The position numbers were made by a program, and so were the translations under genes. DNA of 64,000 nt, taken from the NCBI GenBank assembly GCA_963842005.1, contig CAWJEV010000002.1:981484-1045483 (forward strand). The letters are read 5' to 3'. Below, in pieces: positions 50,660 to 60,928 of the stretch (position 1 is the stretch's first letter; each line of letters opens with the position of its first letter). This DNA is from an uncultured Solirubrobacterales bacterium (lineage in GTDB: Bacteria > Actinomycetota > Thermoleophilia > Solirubrobacterales > Solirubrobacteraceae). The notes below the pieces were generated by a model. The model ran no database searches. It saw only the letters and a list, made by a program, of their open reading frames with translations, and had not been told where the DNA came from.

Positions 50660-51331
50660 TCACGCCTGTAGTCGCTCCACGGCCTCGCGCGCGGCCTCCT
50701 GCTCGGCGTGCTTCTTGGAGCGCCCCGCGCCACTGCCCAGCGGCCGGCCCGCGACCTCGGCGGCCACCTCGAAGGTGCGCTCGTGTGGCGGCCCGTGCTC
50801 GGCGGTGACGGTGTAAGTGACGACCTCCCCCTGCTGGGCGAGCAGCTCTTGGAGAGTGGACTTGAAGTCCACGGGGTTCTCCAGCGCGAGCTCGATCTCC
50901 GGGGCGAACGCCTCCACGACGGCCTCCGCGGTGCGCTGGTAGCCGGCGTGCAGGTAGCACGCGCCGATCACCGCCTCGGCCACGGAGGCCAGCACGCGCT
51001 CGGTCTCGCCGAGCGCCGCCGCGCTCTCCCGGACGCTCTGCGGCGCCGCCGCACGCAGCCGCTCGGGCACCGCGAGGCGTTCGGCGACCGCCCTGCAGGA
51101 GGGGCCGGAGACCGCCTGCGCGCGGATCTTCGTGAGCCGTCCCGCGCCGAAGCGCTCCGCTTCCAAGCGGGGGTAGAGGTGGGTGGTGACCGCCAGCCCC
51201 AGCACGCTGTCGCCGAGGAACGCCAGCCGCGCGTAGGAGTCGGAGGGCCGCTCGCTCCACGAGGCGTGCGTGAAGACCTGGCGCGCCAGGTTCTCGGGAA
51301 GCTCCTCCAACAGCTCGTTCAGCAGCTGCAT
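50660..51331 (-). CDS. rnc: Ribonuclease III
   Basis: RLAFLGDSVLGL signature and a dsRBD with DFKSTLQE..GPPHERTF. Confidence 0.94.
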   Translation of the reverse strand: MQLLNELLEELPENLARQVFTHASWSERPSDSYARLAFLGDSVLGLAVTTHLYPRLEAERFGAGRLTKIRAQAVSGPSCRAVAERLAVPERLRAAAPQSVRESAAALGETERVLASVAEAVIGACYLHAGYQRTAEAVVEAFAPEIELALENPVDFKSTLQELLAQQGEVVTYTVTAEHGPPHERTFEVAAEVAGRPLGSGAGRSKKHAEQEAAREAVERLQA

Positions 51332-51340
51332 CGGGGCGCA

Positions 51341-51589
51341 TCACACCTCTGCGCCTTGTGCCAGTACGAAATCGACGGCCTGCCCGACGGTGAGGATGCC
51401 GGCGGCCTGCTCGTCGGCGATACGCACGCCGTAGGTGTCCTCGAGCTCCTGCACGAGCGTGTACAGGTCCAGCGAGTCGGCCTCGAGGTCCTCCTTGAAG
51501 CGAGTGTCCTCGCGGATCTCCTCCGGATCGAGGTCGAGCTCGTCGGAGAGGTGTTCGCGGATCAGCTCGTAAACCTGCTCGCGGGTCAT
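51341..51589 (-). CDS. acpP: Acyl carrier protein
   Basis: DLEADSLDL phosphopantetheine motif. Confidence 0.94.
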   Translation of the reverse strand: MTREQVYELIREHLSDELDLDPEEIREDTRFKEDLEADSLDLYTLVQELEDTYGVRIADEQAAGILTVGQAVDFVLAQGAEV

Positions 51590-52626
51590 CTTTTTTGGAG
51601 GCTAGCGGTCGGTGCGGATGGGCGAGTCGCACGCAGCGCCCCCGCCTGCTCCAGCGCCGCGTGGGTGTACCCCACGAGGTCCTCCTGCGCGCCGCGCGCA
51701 GCGCGCAGGACCGCCTCCGCGAAGCCGCGGCGGGTGAAGCTCCCGTGGGGCACGACCCCCAACCGCCGCAGCCCCAACAGGTAGGCGCCGCCCTGGCCCT
51801 CGGGGTCGACCTGCTCGCGGAAGGCCCGCAGCGAGGGCGCCAGCAGCAGACCCCCCAGCTTCGCCCGGGGCGAGGAGTGCGCGGCGTCGCGAACCGCCCG
51901 CAGCACAGTCTGGGAGACGCCCTCCGCCACCTTCAGCGCGACGTTGCCGGTGAACCCGTCGGTCACGACCACGTCGGCCGCGCCGCTCGTCAGGTCGCCC
52001 CCCTCGACGTTGCCCACGAGCTCGAAGGGCGCCGTCCCGCTCATCGCGGCGAGCCGCTCGGCGAGCTCGGCGCGGGCGGCCACCACCAGCGGGCTGCCCC
52101 TCCCCTGCTCCTCGCCGTTGGAGAGCAGCCCCACGCGGGGGCGCTGCACGTCGAGCACCACCCGGGCGAGCGCGGCGCCCATGAAGGCGAACTGCACGAG
52201 GTGCTCCGGGCGCGCCTGTGCGTTGGCGCCGACGTCGAGCAGCGTCACCGGCCGGCCGGGGACCGGCAGGGGGAGCGCGAGAGCGGGACGGTGGACACCG
52301 CGGGCGCGCTTGACGTTGAAGAGGCCCGCCGCCAGCGCCGCCCCGGTGCCGCCCGCACACACCAGCGCCTGCGCGCGGCCCTCCGCGACCGCGCGGGCGG
52401 CCTGCACGATCGAGGCCTCCGGGTTCGCGCGCACCGCGCGGGCGGGGTCGGGACTCTTCGCGATCGACAGCGGCGCGTCCACCACCTCAACCTCCGCGGG
52501 CACCTCGCTCAGCTCGCCGGCGGGGCCGAACAGTAGCACGCGCGCCCCCCGCTGCGCCGCGAGCGCCGCGCCCGCCGCGACCTCCACCGGTCCGAGGTCG
52601 GCGCCGTTGGCGTCGACCGCGACCAC
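51586..52626 (-). CDS. plsX: Phosphate acyltransferase PlsX
   Basis: VAVDANGAD, LLDVGANA, VGNVEG, VVTDGFTGNVALK and GGAYLLG motifs. Confidence 0.93.
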   Translation of the reverse strand: MVAVDANGADLGPVEVAAGAALAAQRGARVLLFGPAGELSEVPAEVEVVDAPLSIAKSPDPARAVRANPEASIVQAARAVAEGRAQALVCAGGTGAALAAGLFNVKRARGVHRPALALPLPVPGRPVTLLDVGANAQARPEHLVQFAFMGAALARVVLDVQRPRVGLLSNGEEQGRGSPLVVAARAELAERLAAMSGTAPFELVGNVEGGDLTSGAADVVVTDGFTGNVALKVAEGVSQTVLRAVRDAAHSSPRAKLGGLLLAPSLRAFREQVDPEGQGGAYLLGLRRLGVVPHGSFTRRGFAEAVLRAARGAQEDLVGYTHAALEQAGALRATRPSAPTASLQKR

Positions 52627-52633
52627 GACCGAC

Positions 52634-52846
52634 TCACTCGTCGTGGCTGTGCTCCTCGGCCTCGATCTGCTCCACCGGTGCCGTGACCTCGCGGCCCGCG
52701 TACGTGCCGCACACCGTGCACACCCTGTGGGGGCGGCGCGGGCTGTGGCAGCGCGGACACACGCTCAGCGCGGGCGCCGTGATCTTGTGCTGCGCGCGGC
52801 GCTTGGCGGTGCGGCTGTGCGACTGCTTCTGCTTGGGGACGGCCAC
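52634..52846 (-). CDS. rpmF: 50S ribosomal protein L32
   Basis: MAVPKQKQSHSR and CPRC..PHRVCTVCG motifs. Confidence 0.95.
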   Translation of the reverse strand: MAVPKQKQSHSRTAKRRAQHKITAPALSVCPRCHSPRRPHRVCTVCGTYAGREVTAPVEQIEAEEHSHDE

Positions 52847-52889
52847 GGGCCGGGAAGGCTAGCAGCCGCGGGTTCCCTGGGCGGCTCCA

Positions 52890-53417
52890 CTACTCCAGCT
52901 TCAGCTCCCGCAGCTTCGCCCACCGCGGGTCCGGTGCGGACTCGTGCTGGTGCTCCGGGCGGGCGGGGTCCAAATCATTGAGGTCCGCCGCGCACACCGG
53001 GCACAGGCCCGCGCAGTCGGGGCGGCACACCACCTGCGTGGGGACGCTCAGCGCGAACGCGTCGCGCGCCCACGCCCCCAGGTCGAGTGTCTCGTCCTTG
53101 ACGTACGGGCTCGACAGCTCCTCTCCCCCGCCCGGGCGGTCCACCTCGCGCGCGTCCACCTCGACCTCCGGCGCCGCCTGCGCGAGGCAGCGCATGCACG
53201 GCCCCGCCACCGCCGCCTGCAAGCGCAGCCGCAGCGCGTACCCGTGGCCGACCATCCGCGAGACGTCCAACACCACGGCCGGCCGGGACGGCTCGACCAC
53301 GTAACGCTCTCCGCCGTACATCAGCGGCTCGATCGCCACCGTCAGCTCCAGCCGCCGCCCCTCTCCGGCGCTGAGGTGCAGGCTCCCGAGGTCGAGCTTG
53401 TCGGTCAGCGCGGGCAC
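52890..53417 (-). CDS. yceD: YceD/DUF177 family protein
   Basis: CMRCL, CRPDCAGLCPVCAADLN and DPRWAKL motifs, upstream of rpmF. GTG lies 6 nt after a TACCCT -10. Confidence 0.9.
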   Translation of the reverse strand: MPALTDKLDLGSLHLSAGEGRRLELTVAIEPLMYGGERYVVEPSRPAVVLDVSRMVGHGYALRLRLQAAVAGPCMRCLAQAAPEVEVDAREVDRPGGGEELSSPYVKDETLDLGAWARDAFALSVPTQVVCRPDCAGLCPVCAADLNDLDPARPEHQHESAPDPRWAKLRELKLE

Positions 53418-53626
53418 GCTCCCAGGGTAGTGCGGCAACCCCCTGTTTCACACCGACAACGCGCCCACACGCGCGGCTCGTGCCACCCGTCGCCGCCTCG
53501 GCGCTCCCCGGCCTCCCCACCCACCGGCCCCGCGGGCCGCCCTCGAGGCGGCCTCATCCCAACTTCACCCTCCCCGTCCTCCCCCAGGGGATGCCGGGCG
53601 GCCCGTCAGGGCCGAACGGAGGGGGA

Positions 53627-55230
53627 TCAGCGGCTCAATTCGCGCTTCAGCACCTTGCCGGTCGCGTTGCGGGGGAGCTCCTCCACGAACACCACCTCGC
53701 GCGGGACCTTGTAGCGGGCGAGGTTCTGCTTGACGTACTCCTTGATCGCCTCCTCGCTCAGGCTCGCCGGCTCGCGCGGCACCACGAACGCCTTCAGCCG
53801 CTGGCCGAACTGCGTGTCCTGCACGCCGACCACCGCCGCCTCTTCGATCTGCGCGTGCTTGGCCAGCAGGTCCTCCACCTCGCGTGGGAACACGTTCTCC
53901 CCGCCCGAGACGATCATCTCGTCGTCGCGGCCGTCCACGAACAGGCGGCCCGCCGCGTCGAAGTGGCCCATGTCGCCCGTGCTCATCAGGCCCCGCACGA
54001 TCTCCTTGCCCCCCCCGCCGGTGTAGCCCTCGAAGACCATCTCGTTCGCCGCGAAGATCCGTCCCCGCTCGCCGCGCGGGACCTCGCGGCCGTCGGCGTC
54101 GAGCAGCTGCACGACCGTGCCCAGCGGGGGCGGCCCGCCGTGCCCGGCGCCGCCCGCAGGTCCTCCGGCGTGGCGATCGTCGCCCACGCGACCTCGGTGG
54201 AGCCGTACAGGTTGTAGAGCACCTCACCCAGGGCGTCCATCGCGCGGGTCGCAAGCTCCCCCGGCAGCGTCGAGCCCGACGCCGCCACCACCCGCAGCGA
54301 GCTCAGGTCGTAGCGCGCGATCGTCTCCGGTGGCAGCTCGAGTATCCGCTGCAGCATCACCGGCACCACCGCCAGCGCCGTTGCGCGGTGGCGCGCCACG
54401 TCGCTCAGCGTCTGCTCCGGATCGAAGCGCCGGCGCAGCACCAGCGTCGAGGCCAGCGGCAGCGACAGCGTGAAGTGCGCGTACCCCCACGAGTGGAACA
54501 TCGGCGCCGCGATCGCCGTCGTCTCGCGCGCCTTCAGCGGGATCTTCGAAAACAGCGCCGCCGCCGGCTCCATCGAGTCCGGCTGTTTGCGTTTCGCCCC
54601 CTTCGGGGTGCCCGTCGTGCCCGAGGTGAGGATCACCACGCGGCCTTTCTCCGCCGGCGGGCTCAGCGGCGTGCTGTCCTCCCGCGCGATCAGCTCCTCC
54701 ACCAGAGGGTCCCCCGGGCTCCCGTCCGGCTCGGACCACGACACGAAGCGGCGCAGGTCGCTCGAGCCCTCCCGCACCAGATCCGCGAACTCCTCGTCGT
54801 AGATCAGCGCCGCCGGTCCCTCGCGGCGCAGCACGTCGGCTATCTGCGGGCCCGCGAACGCCGTGTTCAGGTACAGCACGCTCGCCCCCAGCTTCGAGCA
54901 CGCCACCGTCGCCTCGATGAACCCCCGGTGGTTGCGGCACATGATCGCCACCCCCACCTGTTCGCCGATCCCCTCCGCCCGCAACGCCCGCGCGAGCGCG
55001 TTCGTGCGCGCGTCCACCTCCGCGAACGTCAGCGTTCCTCTCTCGTCCACGATCGCCACGCGCTCGGGGCAGCGGATCGCCGAGACCGTGTACGCCGCGG
55101 CCGAGCTCGACCCCCACCGGCGCAGCGTCCCCAGCGCCCGCACCGTCCTGTCCGGGCGCTCCATCCTGAGCATGCCCGTGCCCAGCAGTGTGCGGGCGAC
55201 CTCCACGCGGTGCTTGATCGGCGAGCTCAT
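53627..55230 (-). CDS. Acyl-CoA synthetase/AMP-binding enzyme (frameshift near 54130)
   Basis: LTSGTTGTPKG, YGSTE, TGDMG, GRDDEMIVSGGENVFP and PRNATGKVLK. The two ORFs join in a C-run. Confidence 0.88.
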
Positions 55231-55456
55231 CGGCGGCTCATTATCCCACTGCGCGCGCTTGCGGCCGGGTTCGCCTGTCGTCCAGCGTCACGAACAACGC
55301 TTCTAGGGTGGTCGGTGAGCAAGCGAGGCAAGACCGTATGGGTCGTGTCGACCGATACGCGCGGTAGTGATGGTCGGCACCCCGCGCATGAGTGTGCGGG
55401 GACTGGGCTGGAGGGTGGCCCTCCGGCCGACACCCTGAGTCATGGGAGGTGCCGAC

Positions 55457-56545
55457 ATGCTGAACGATAGGACGATCGTGGGTCTGGATGTGCATGGGAC
55501 GGCGACGCAGGCCGCCGTGTTGGAGATCGCGACCGGCGAGCTGACGTTCCGGCGGGTCCAGGGACCCCCGAGCGAGGTTATGGGGTATCTGCGGGGGCTC
55601 CCGGGGAGGGTGCTCGCGACCTATGAGGCGGGTCCTATGGGGTATGGGCTCGCCCGGGCAGCCGCCGAGCTGGGGCTGGATGTCCGTGTCTGCGCGCCGG
55701 GTTCGATATTGCGTCGTCCGCATGAGCGGATCAAGACCGACCGTCGCGACGCGGAGCGCCTGGCGCGACTTTTGGCCGCGGGAGAGTTGTCCTTCGTGCG
55801 GGTACCGACCGTGCAGGAAGAGAGCTTCCGTGACCTCGCGCGTTGCCGGGAGGCCGCTCGTGGTGATCTGATGCGCGCCCGTCACCGCCTCGGGAAGCTC
55901 CTGTTGCGCCGCGACGTGCGTTTCGGTGGCCCGGGGAGCAACTGGACGCTCGCGCACTGGAAGTGGCTGAACCAGCTCGAGTTCGATGACGCGCCCTCCC
56001 GCGCGGTGCTCGCCGACTACCTGACCGGCGTCCGTGCGCTCGAACAACGCCGCTCCGCGCTGGACGCGGCGATCAAGAAGACGTGGGCTGAGAGCCCGTG
56101 GGCGCAGACGATCGCCAGGTTGCGCTGCATGCGGGGGATCAACTCGACTACCGCGTTCGGCTTGTGCGCCGAGATCGGCGACTTCCACCGCTTCAAGCAC
56201 CCCACCACCCTGACGTCCTATCTCGGGATCGTGCCGAGCGAGCGCTCCTCCGGCGAGCAGACCCGCCGCGGACCGATCACCAAGGCCGGCTCCCCGCACG
56301 CCCGCAGACTGCTCGTCGAGGCAGCCCACCACTACCGCCACACCCCCGCGATCGGGATGGCACTCACACGCCGCCAAGACGGCCAGGACCCCCGCGCGTG
56401 CGAGATCGCGTGGCGCGCCCAACACCGCCTGCACCACCAGTACCGGCGGCTGCGCCTGGAGCGCGGCAAGCCAGCGAACATCGTCACGATCGCGCTCGCA
56501 CGCGAGCTCGCCGCGTTCACCTGGGAGATCGGCCAACTGACCTGA
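55457..56545 (+). CDS. IS110-family DEDD recombinase/transposase
   Basis: GLDVH, YEAGPMG, KTDRRDA and PSERSSG motifs. Confidence 0.93.
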   Translation: MLNDRTIVGLDVHGTATQAAVLEIATGELTFRRVQGPPSEVMGYLRGLPGRVLATYEAGPMGYGLARAAAELGLDVRVCAPGSILRRPHERIKTDRRDAERLARLLAAGELSFVRVPTVQEESFRDLARCREAARGDLMRARHRLGKLLLRRDVRFGGPGSNWTLAHWKWLNQLEFDDAPSRAVLADYLTGVRALEQRRSALDAAIKKTWAESPWAQTIARLRCMRGINSTTAFGLCAEIGDFHRFKHPTTLTSYLGIVPSERSSGEQTRRGPITKAGSPHARRLLVEAAHHYRHTPAIGMALTRRQDGQDPRACEIAWRAQHRLHHQYRRLRLERGKPANIVTIALARELAAFTWEIGQLT

Positions 56546-56569
56546 ACACCAACCCACAACCACACCCCC

Positions 56570-56780
56570 CGACGGCAGCGGTGCTGTCGGGGCGACACGG
56601 GAACCACCGGGACCTGGCCTGTCGCGGCTAGCGGGCCCGCGCTGCGTCCTCGGGCAACCAGCACCCACCAGGTGCCGGCCGCGCCCGCCACAAGACTGCG
56701 CGCCCCGCGACGAATCGGCGGTCATGAGGTACCCAGCCCTCGCATATGAGGCTGAAACAGCACTCGACACGCCCAGACAC
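56570..56780 (+). ncRNA. Predicted bridge/seek RNA in the 3' non-coding end of IS110-2
   Basis: TGCGTCCT (56643-56650) and CAAG (56691-56694) match the target; CGGTC (56719-56723) and CATATGAG (56743-56750) match the donor junction. Boundaries are approximate. Confidence 0.72.
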
Positions 56781-56952
56781 CGCCCGTGACGCCCCGAGAA
56801 CACCACACGCCCCACCCCCTCACCCGCCAACACGCGGGCAACCCCAGCCTGCCCACTTGACAAACCAACCCCCCATATGAGGACGCAAGGAGCGAAGTGT
56901 GCTCTGCACACGAGCGACCGAGGACGCAGCATCGCGCAGCTCAGCGGCCACC

Positions 56953-57417
56953 CTACGCGACTTCGGCGGGCTCGTCCTTGCCCTGCAGACGCTCGCGGCC
57001 TCGCTGCACTGCGGCGATGAACTTCGAGAGGTTCACCTCGAGCGTGTTGAGGATCTCGTCCGCGTAGTCCTCCGCCCCGAGGCGGATCTCGCGCTCGCGT
57101 GCGCGGGCGTCCTCGATGATGTCCTCCGCCGCGCGCTCAGCCTGCTTGGTGACCTCCTCGTCGCCCACCAGCCGCTCCTGGCGCTCGCGCGCCTCCTTGA
57201 CGATTTTCTCGGCCTCGCGCTTGGCCTCGGCCAGCATCTCCTGGCGCTCCTTGACGATCCACCGCGCCTGCTTGATCTCCTCGGGGATCGTCGCGCGCAT
57301 CTGGTCGAGGATGTCGTAGATCTCCTCCTTGTCGACCCGCACCTGGTCGGTCAGGGGCACCGGCTTGGCGTTGTGCACCAGGTCGTCGAGCTTGTCAATC
57401 AGAACTAGGACATCCAT
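56953..57417 (-). CDS. Conserved coiled-coil protein downstream of coaD (often annotated ATPase subunit-like or DivIVA-like)
   Basis: MDVLVLIDKLDDLVHNAKPVPLTDQVRVD.. with a charged coiled coil. Function unknown. Confidence 0.75.
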   Translation of the reverse strand: MDVLVLIDKLDDLVHNAKPVPLTDQVRVDKEEIYDILDQMRATIPEEIKQARWIVKERQEMLAEAKREAEKIVKEARERQERLVGDEEVTKQAERAAEDIIEDARAREREIRLGAEDYADEILNTLEVNLSKFIAAVQRGRERLQGKDEPAEVA

Positions 57418-57436
57418 GTGGCCTTCTCCAGATTCG

Positions 57437-57946
57437 TCAGCGCTGAAGCTCTTCCTGCAACCGCACCGCGACCTCGTCGGGCACCAGGTCGTCGATTCTG
57501 CCTCCGAACGTGGCGAGCTCCTTGACGCCGCTCGATGACAGGAAACTGTACTGCGAGCTCGACATCAGGTACACCGACTCGATCTCCGGGTCCTGGCGGC
57601 TGTTGAGCTGGTGCAGCTCGAGCTCGTACTCGAAGTCCGAAATCGCCCGCAGCCCCTTCACGATCGCCTTCGCCCCCACGCTGCGCGCGAACTCCACCAC
57701 CAGGTTGCTGAACGGCTCCACCCGCACCCCCTCCAGGTCGGCCGTGGCGCGTTCGATGAAGCCCACCCGCTCCTCGATCGCGAACAGCGTCTCGTTCTTG
57801 CGCACCGACCGTCTGACGACCGCCACCACCACCTGTTCGTAGAGGCCGGCCGCCCGGCGGATCACGTCGAGGTGGCCGTTTGTGACCGGGTCGTAGGAGC
57901 CCGGGCACACGGCGACCGACTTGTCGAGCTTCGTCGTCTGCGTCAT
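57437..57946 (-). CDS. coaD: Phosphopantetheine adenylyltransferase
   Basis: PGSYDPVTNGHLD, KGLRAISDFEYE and SSSGVKE motifs. Confidence 0.95.
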   Translation of the reverse strand: MTQTTKLDKSVAVCPGSYDPVTNGHLDVIRRAAGLYEQVVVAVVRRSVRKNETLFAIEERVGFIERATADLEGVRVEPFSNLVVEFARSVGAKAIVKGLRAISDFEYELELHQLNSRQDPEIESVYLMSSSQYSFLSSSGVKELATFGGRIDDLVPDEVAVRLQEELQR

Positions 57947-58494
57947 CGTCCTCGGTGGCGGTGGATCGTGATCAAGGTGTCTCCGTAGCGCCGCCGCAGC
58001 TCCACCTCCAGGGGGAGCGCCGGCGGCTCGGTGCGCCGATCGCTCTCCCACACCACGCGCGCCCCCGGCGCCAGCAGCGGTGGCAGCGCCACCTGCAGCT
58101 CGCACCCCAGCACACCCGCGTGTCGGTAGGGCGGATCGACGAAGACGAGATCGTATGTCTCCCGGCGCTCGCGTGCGTTGCGCAGTGTACCCCCCGCCTC
58201 CCCGCGGCGGACCTCCGCCTGCTCGGGCCCCACTCCCAGCTCCGCCAGGTTCGCCCGCAGGGCCGCCAGCGCGCGGGGGTCGCGCTCGACCAGCACCGCC
58301 CTCGCCGCGCCCCGCGAAAGCGCCTCGATCGCCAGCGCCCCCGTGCCCGCGAACAGGTCCAGCACCACCGCTCCCTCGAGCTCTCCCAGGGCCGAGAACA
58401 CCGCCTCCCGCACCCGCTGGGTTGTCGGGCGCGTCGCCCGCCCCTTCGGCGCGCGCAGCCGCCGGCCGCCGTACTTTCCCGCGATCACACGCAC
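57943..58494 (-). CDS. rsmD: 16S rRNA (guanine966-N2)-methyltransferase
   Basis: VRVIAGKYGGRRL, RPTTQRVREAVF, LDLFAGTGAL and FVDPPY motifs. Confidence 0.93.
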   Translation of the reverse strand: MRVIAGKYGGRRLRAPKGRATRPTTQRVREAVFSALGELEGAVVLDLFAGTGALAIEALSRGAARAVLVERDPRALAALRANLAELGVGPEQAEVRRGEAGGTLRNARERRETYDLVFVDPPYRHAGVLGCELQVALPPLLAPGARVVWESDRRTEPPALPLEVELRRRYGDTLITIHRHRGR

Positions 58495-58589
58495 CGCCGG
58501 ATCATCGCGCGCAGCTCGCCTCCGGTGCGCCGTGGGTAGTGATGCGCGGGTCCACCCCGAGCAGGGCCGCTCCCCCCGGCACTCCGCCC

Positions 58590-60859
58590 TCACGCCGGGA
58601 TCGGCTCGTGGGCCTCCTCGCCGAGCGCCCGCTCCAGCGCTTCGCCCAGCAGCGCGTGCTCGGGGGCCGTGAGCGCCGGGTCCGCGGCGAGCAGCCGCTT
58701 GGCCCACTCCCGGGCGCGCTCCAGCAGCTCCGCGTCCTGCGGCAGGCTCGCCACCCGGGGTTCGGCCTGGCCGTGCTGGCGCGTGCCCGCGATCTCGCCC
58801 TCCCCGCGCAGCTCCAGGTCGATCTCCGCCAGGCGGAAGCCGTCGCTGTGCTCGGCGAGCGCCCGCAGGCGACGGGCGTTGCGCGGCCCCAACAACAGGC
58901 ACACCGATGGGTGCTCTCCGCGCCCGATCCGCCCCCGCAGCTGGTGCAGCTGGGAGATCCCGTAACGCTCCGCGTCCTCCACCACCATCACCGTCGCGTT
59001 CGGCACGTCGATCCCCACCTCGATCACCGTCGTCGCCACCATCACGTCCGCCGCGCCCTCTCCAAACCGCGCCATCGCGCGCCGCTTCTCGCGCGCTGCG
59101 AGTTGGCCGTGCAGCAGCTCCAGGCGAAAACCGCGCAGCTCACCCGCTCGCAGGCGCTCGAACTCCGCGACCGCCGCGCGCGCCTGGAGCGCCTCGGACT
59201 CCTCGATGAGCGGGCACACCACGTACGCCTGGCGCCCCGCGCGCAGCTCCTCGCGGATGCGCTCGTACGCCCGCGCGCGCTCGGCCTCGCTGGATGCAAC
59301 GTGGGTGGCGATCGGCTTCCTTCCCTTCGGCAGCTCGCGCAGGCGCGTCACGTCGAGGTCGCCGTACGCCGTCAGGGCCAGCGTGCGCGGGATCGGGGTG
59401 GCGGTCATGTGCAGGACGTGGGGGGCGAGCCGGGCGGGGCTGGGGGCCTCCTCGCGGCCTGCCGGGCCGTTGGTGTGGTCCTCTCTTTCGGCGTCCCTTT
59501 TCGCGGGCGCGCGCGTGGGCGCGCGCGAAATAGGCGGCCCCTTGCGGTCCAACGCCGCACGCTGGCGCACCCCGAAGCGGTGCTGCTCGTCCACGACCGC
59601 CACCGCGAGGCGGTCGAACTCCACGTCGCCCTCGATCAGCGCGTGCGTACCGACCACCAGCTTCAGCTCCCCCGAGGCGAGCCTCGCGAGGTGCTCAGCC
59701 CGGCGGCGCGCAGGAGTCGAGCCGGTCAACAGCGCCGCCGGGAGCAGCGCTTCGGGGACGAGCGCCTGCAGCGTCGCGAAGTGCTGTTCGGCGAGCGTCT
59801 CCGTCGGCGCCATCAGCGCTCCCTGCATCCCGTGCTCGACCGCGCGCAGCAGCGCGTACAGCGCGATCACCGTCTTGCCCGAGCCGACCTCTCCCATCAG
59901 CAGGCGCTGCATCGGGCGCGCCTGTGCGAGGTCGGCGTCGATCGCCGCCATCGCCGCCGACTGGTCGCCGGTGAGCTGGAACGGCAGCTCCGCGAGCCAC
60001 CGCGCGCTCAGCTCCCCCCGCCGCTCGCGGCTCGGCCGGCGAGCGGCACCGCGGTTCCGCTGCCGCGCAGCGCACGGCGACGCAGCACCGCCAGCTGCAT
60101 CATCAGCAGCTCTTCGAACGCCAGGCGCCCGCGCCCCGCCTCGGCCTCCCCCTGATCGGCGGGGAAATGCACCGCTGCGAGCGCCGCCGCGCGGTCGGGC
60201 AGCCGCTCAGTCGCGCGCACCGCTGCGGGCAGTGGCTCAGGCACCTCGGCCAGCGCCCTCCGGCGCTCGCGCACCATCGTCACGATCTGTGTCGAGCTCA
60301 CGCCCTCCGTCGCCGGGTAGTGCGCAACCCCCTGGTCCTCACCCACCGCCCCGAGCTCCCCGCCGAGCGCGTGGCTCGCGACCGCGAAGCGCCCCCCTGC
60401 CTGCGCCTTCCCGTGCAGCAGCAGGCGCGTCCCCGGGCGGTAGCGCTCCACCAGCCACGGCTGGTTGAAGAACGCCGCCCCCATCGCCCCGGTGTCGTCG
60501 AACACGGTCGCCTCGACCAGCGGGCGCATCCCACGGCGACGGACCGGCCGCGCCGCGATCGAGCGCACCTCGACCGCCACCGTCGCCTGCTCGCCGGGGC
60601 TCAGCTCCCCGACCGTACGCGCCTCGCGGCGGTCGCGCGGGAGGTGCTCCAACAGCGCGCCCACCGTCTCGATGCCGAGCGTCCGCAGGCCATCCGCGAG
60701 CTTGCCGGAGGGTGTGTCGAGGCTCTTCTCCAGACGCCCTGGCCGCGGCCACCGCACCGGCGCGGCCAGCAGTTCCTCGCGCGTCAGCGGGCGCGTGGAA
60801 GCGAACGCGCATGACTCCGCGGTGCGCACGGAGAGCTCGGGTGCGACGAGGGCGGGCAT
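58590..60859 (-). CDS. recG: ATP-dependent DNA helicase RecG (frameshift near 60000)
   Basis: Wedge domain in 60008..60859. LLMGEVGSGKT, VVDEQHRFGV, MTATPIPRTL and QLHQLRGRIGRG in 58590..59951. Confidence 0.92.
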
Positions 60860-60928
60860 CTACCCCGCCATCATGAACCGTGGGCCAGTCTGAACCGTTT
60901 GGGGACTGCCCGGAGGGCCTCGGCCGCG

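Larger units (their letters stand above)
55331..56881 (+). mobile_element. IS110-family insertion sequence 2 (IS1111-like)
   Basis: AG core at 55331-55332 and 56880-56881, confirmed by the empty site at 36572-36573. Sub-terminal IR TATGGG/CCCATA. TTGACA at 56857-56862. Confidence 0.92.
55304..56955. repeat. REP-like hairpin element (second copy), split by IS110-2
   Basis: 55304-55332 plus 56882-56955 rejoin to a homologue of 36544..36649, with arms TAGGGTGGTCGGTGAGC/GCTCAGCGGCCACCCTA. Confidence 0.85.
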
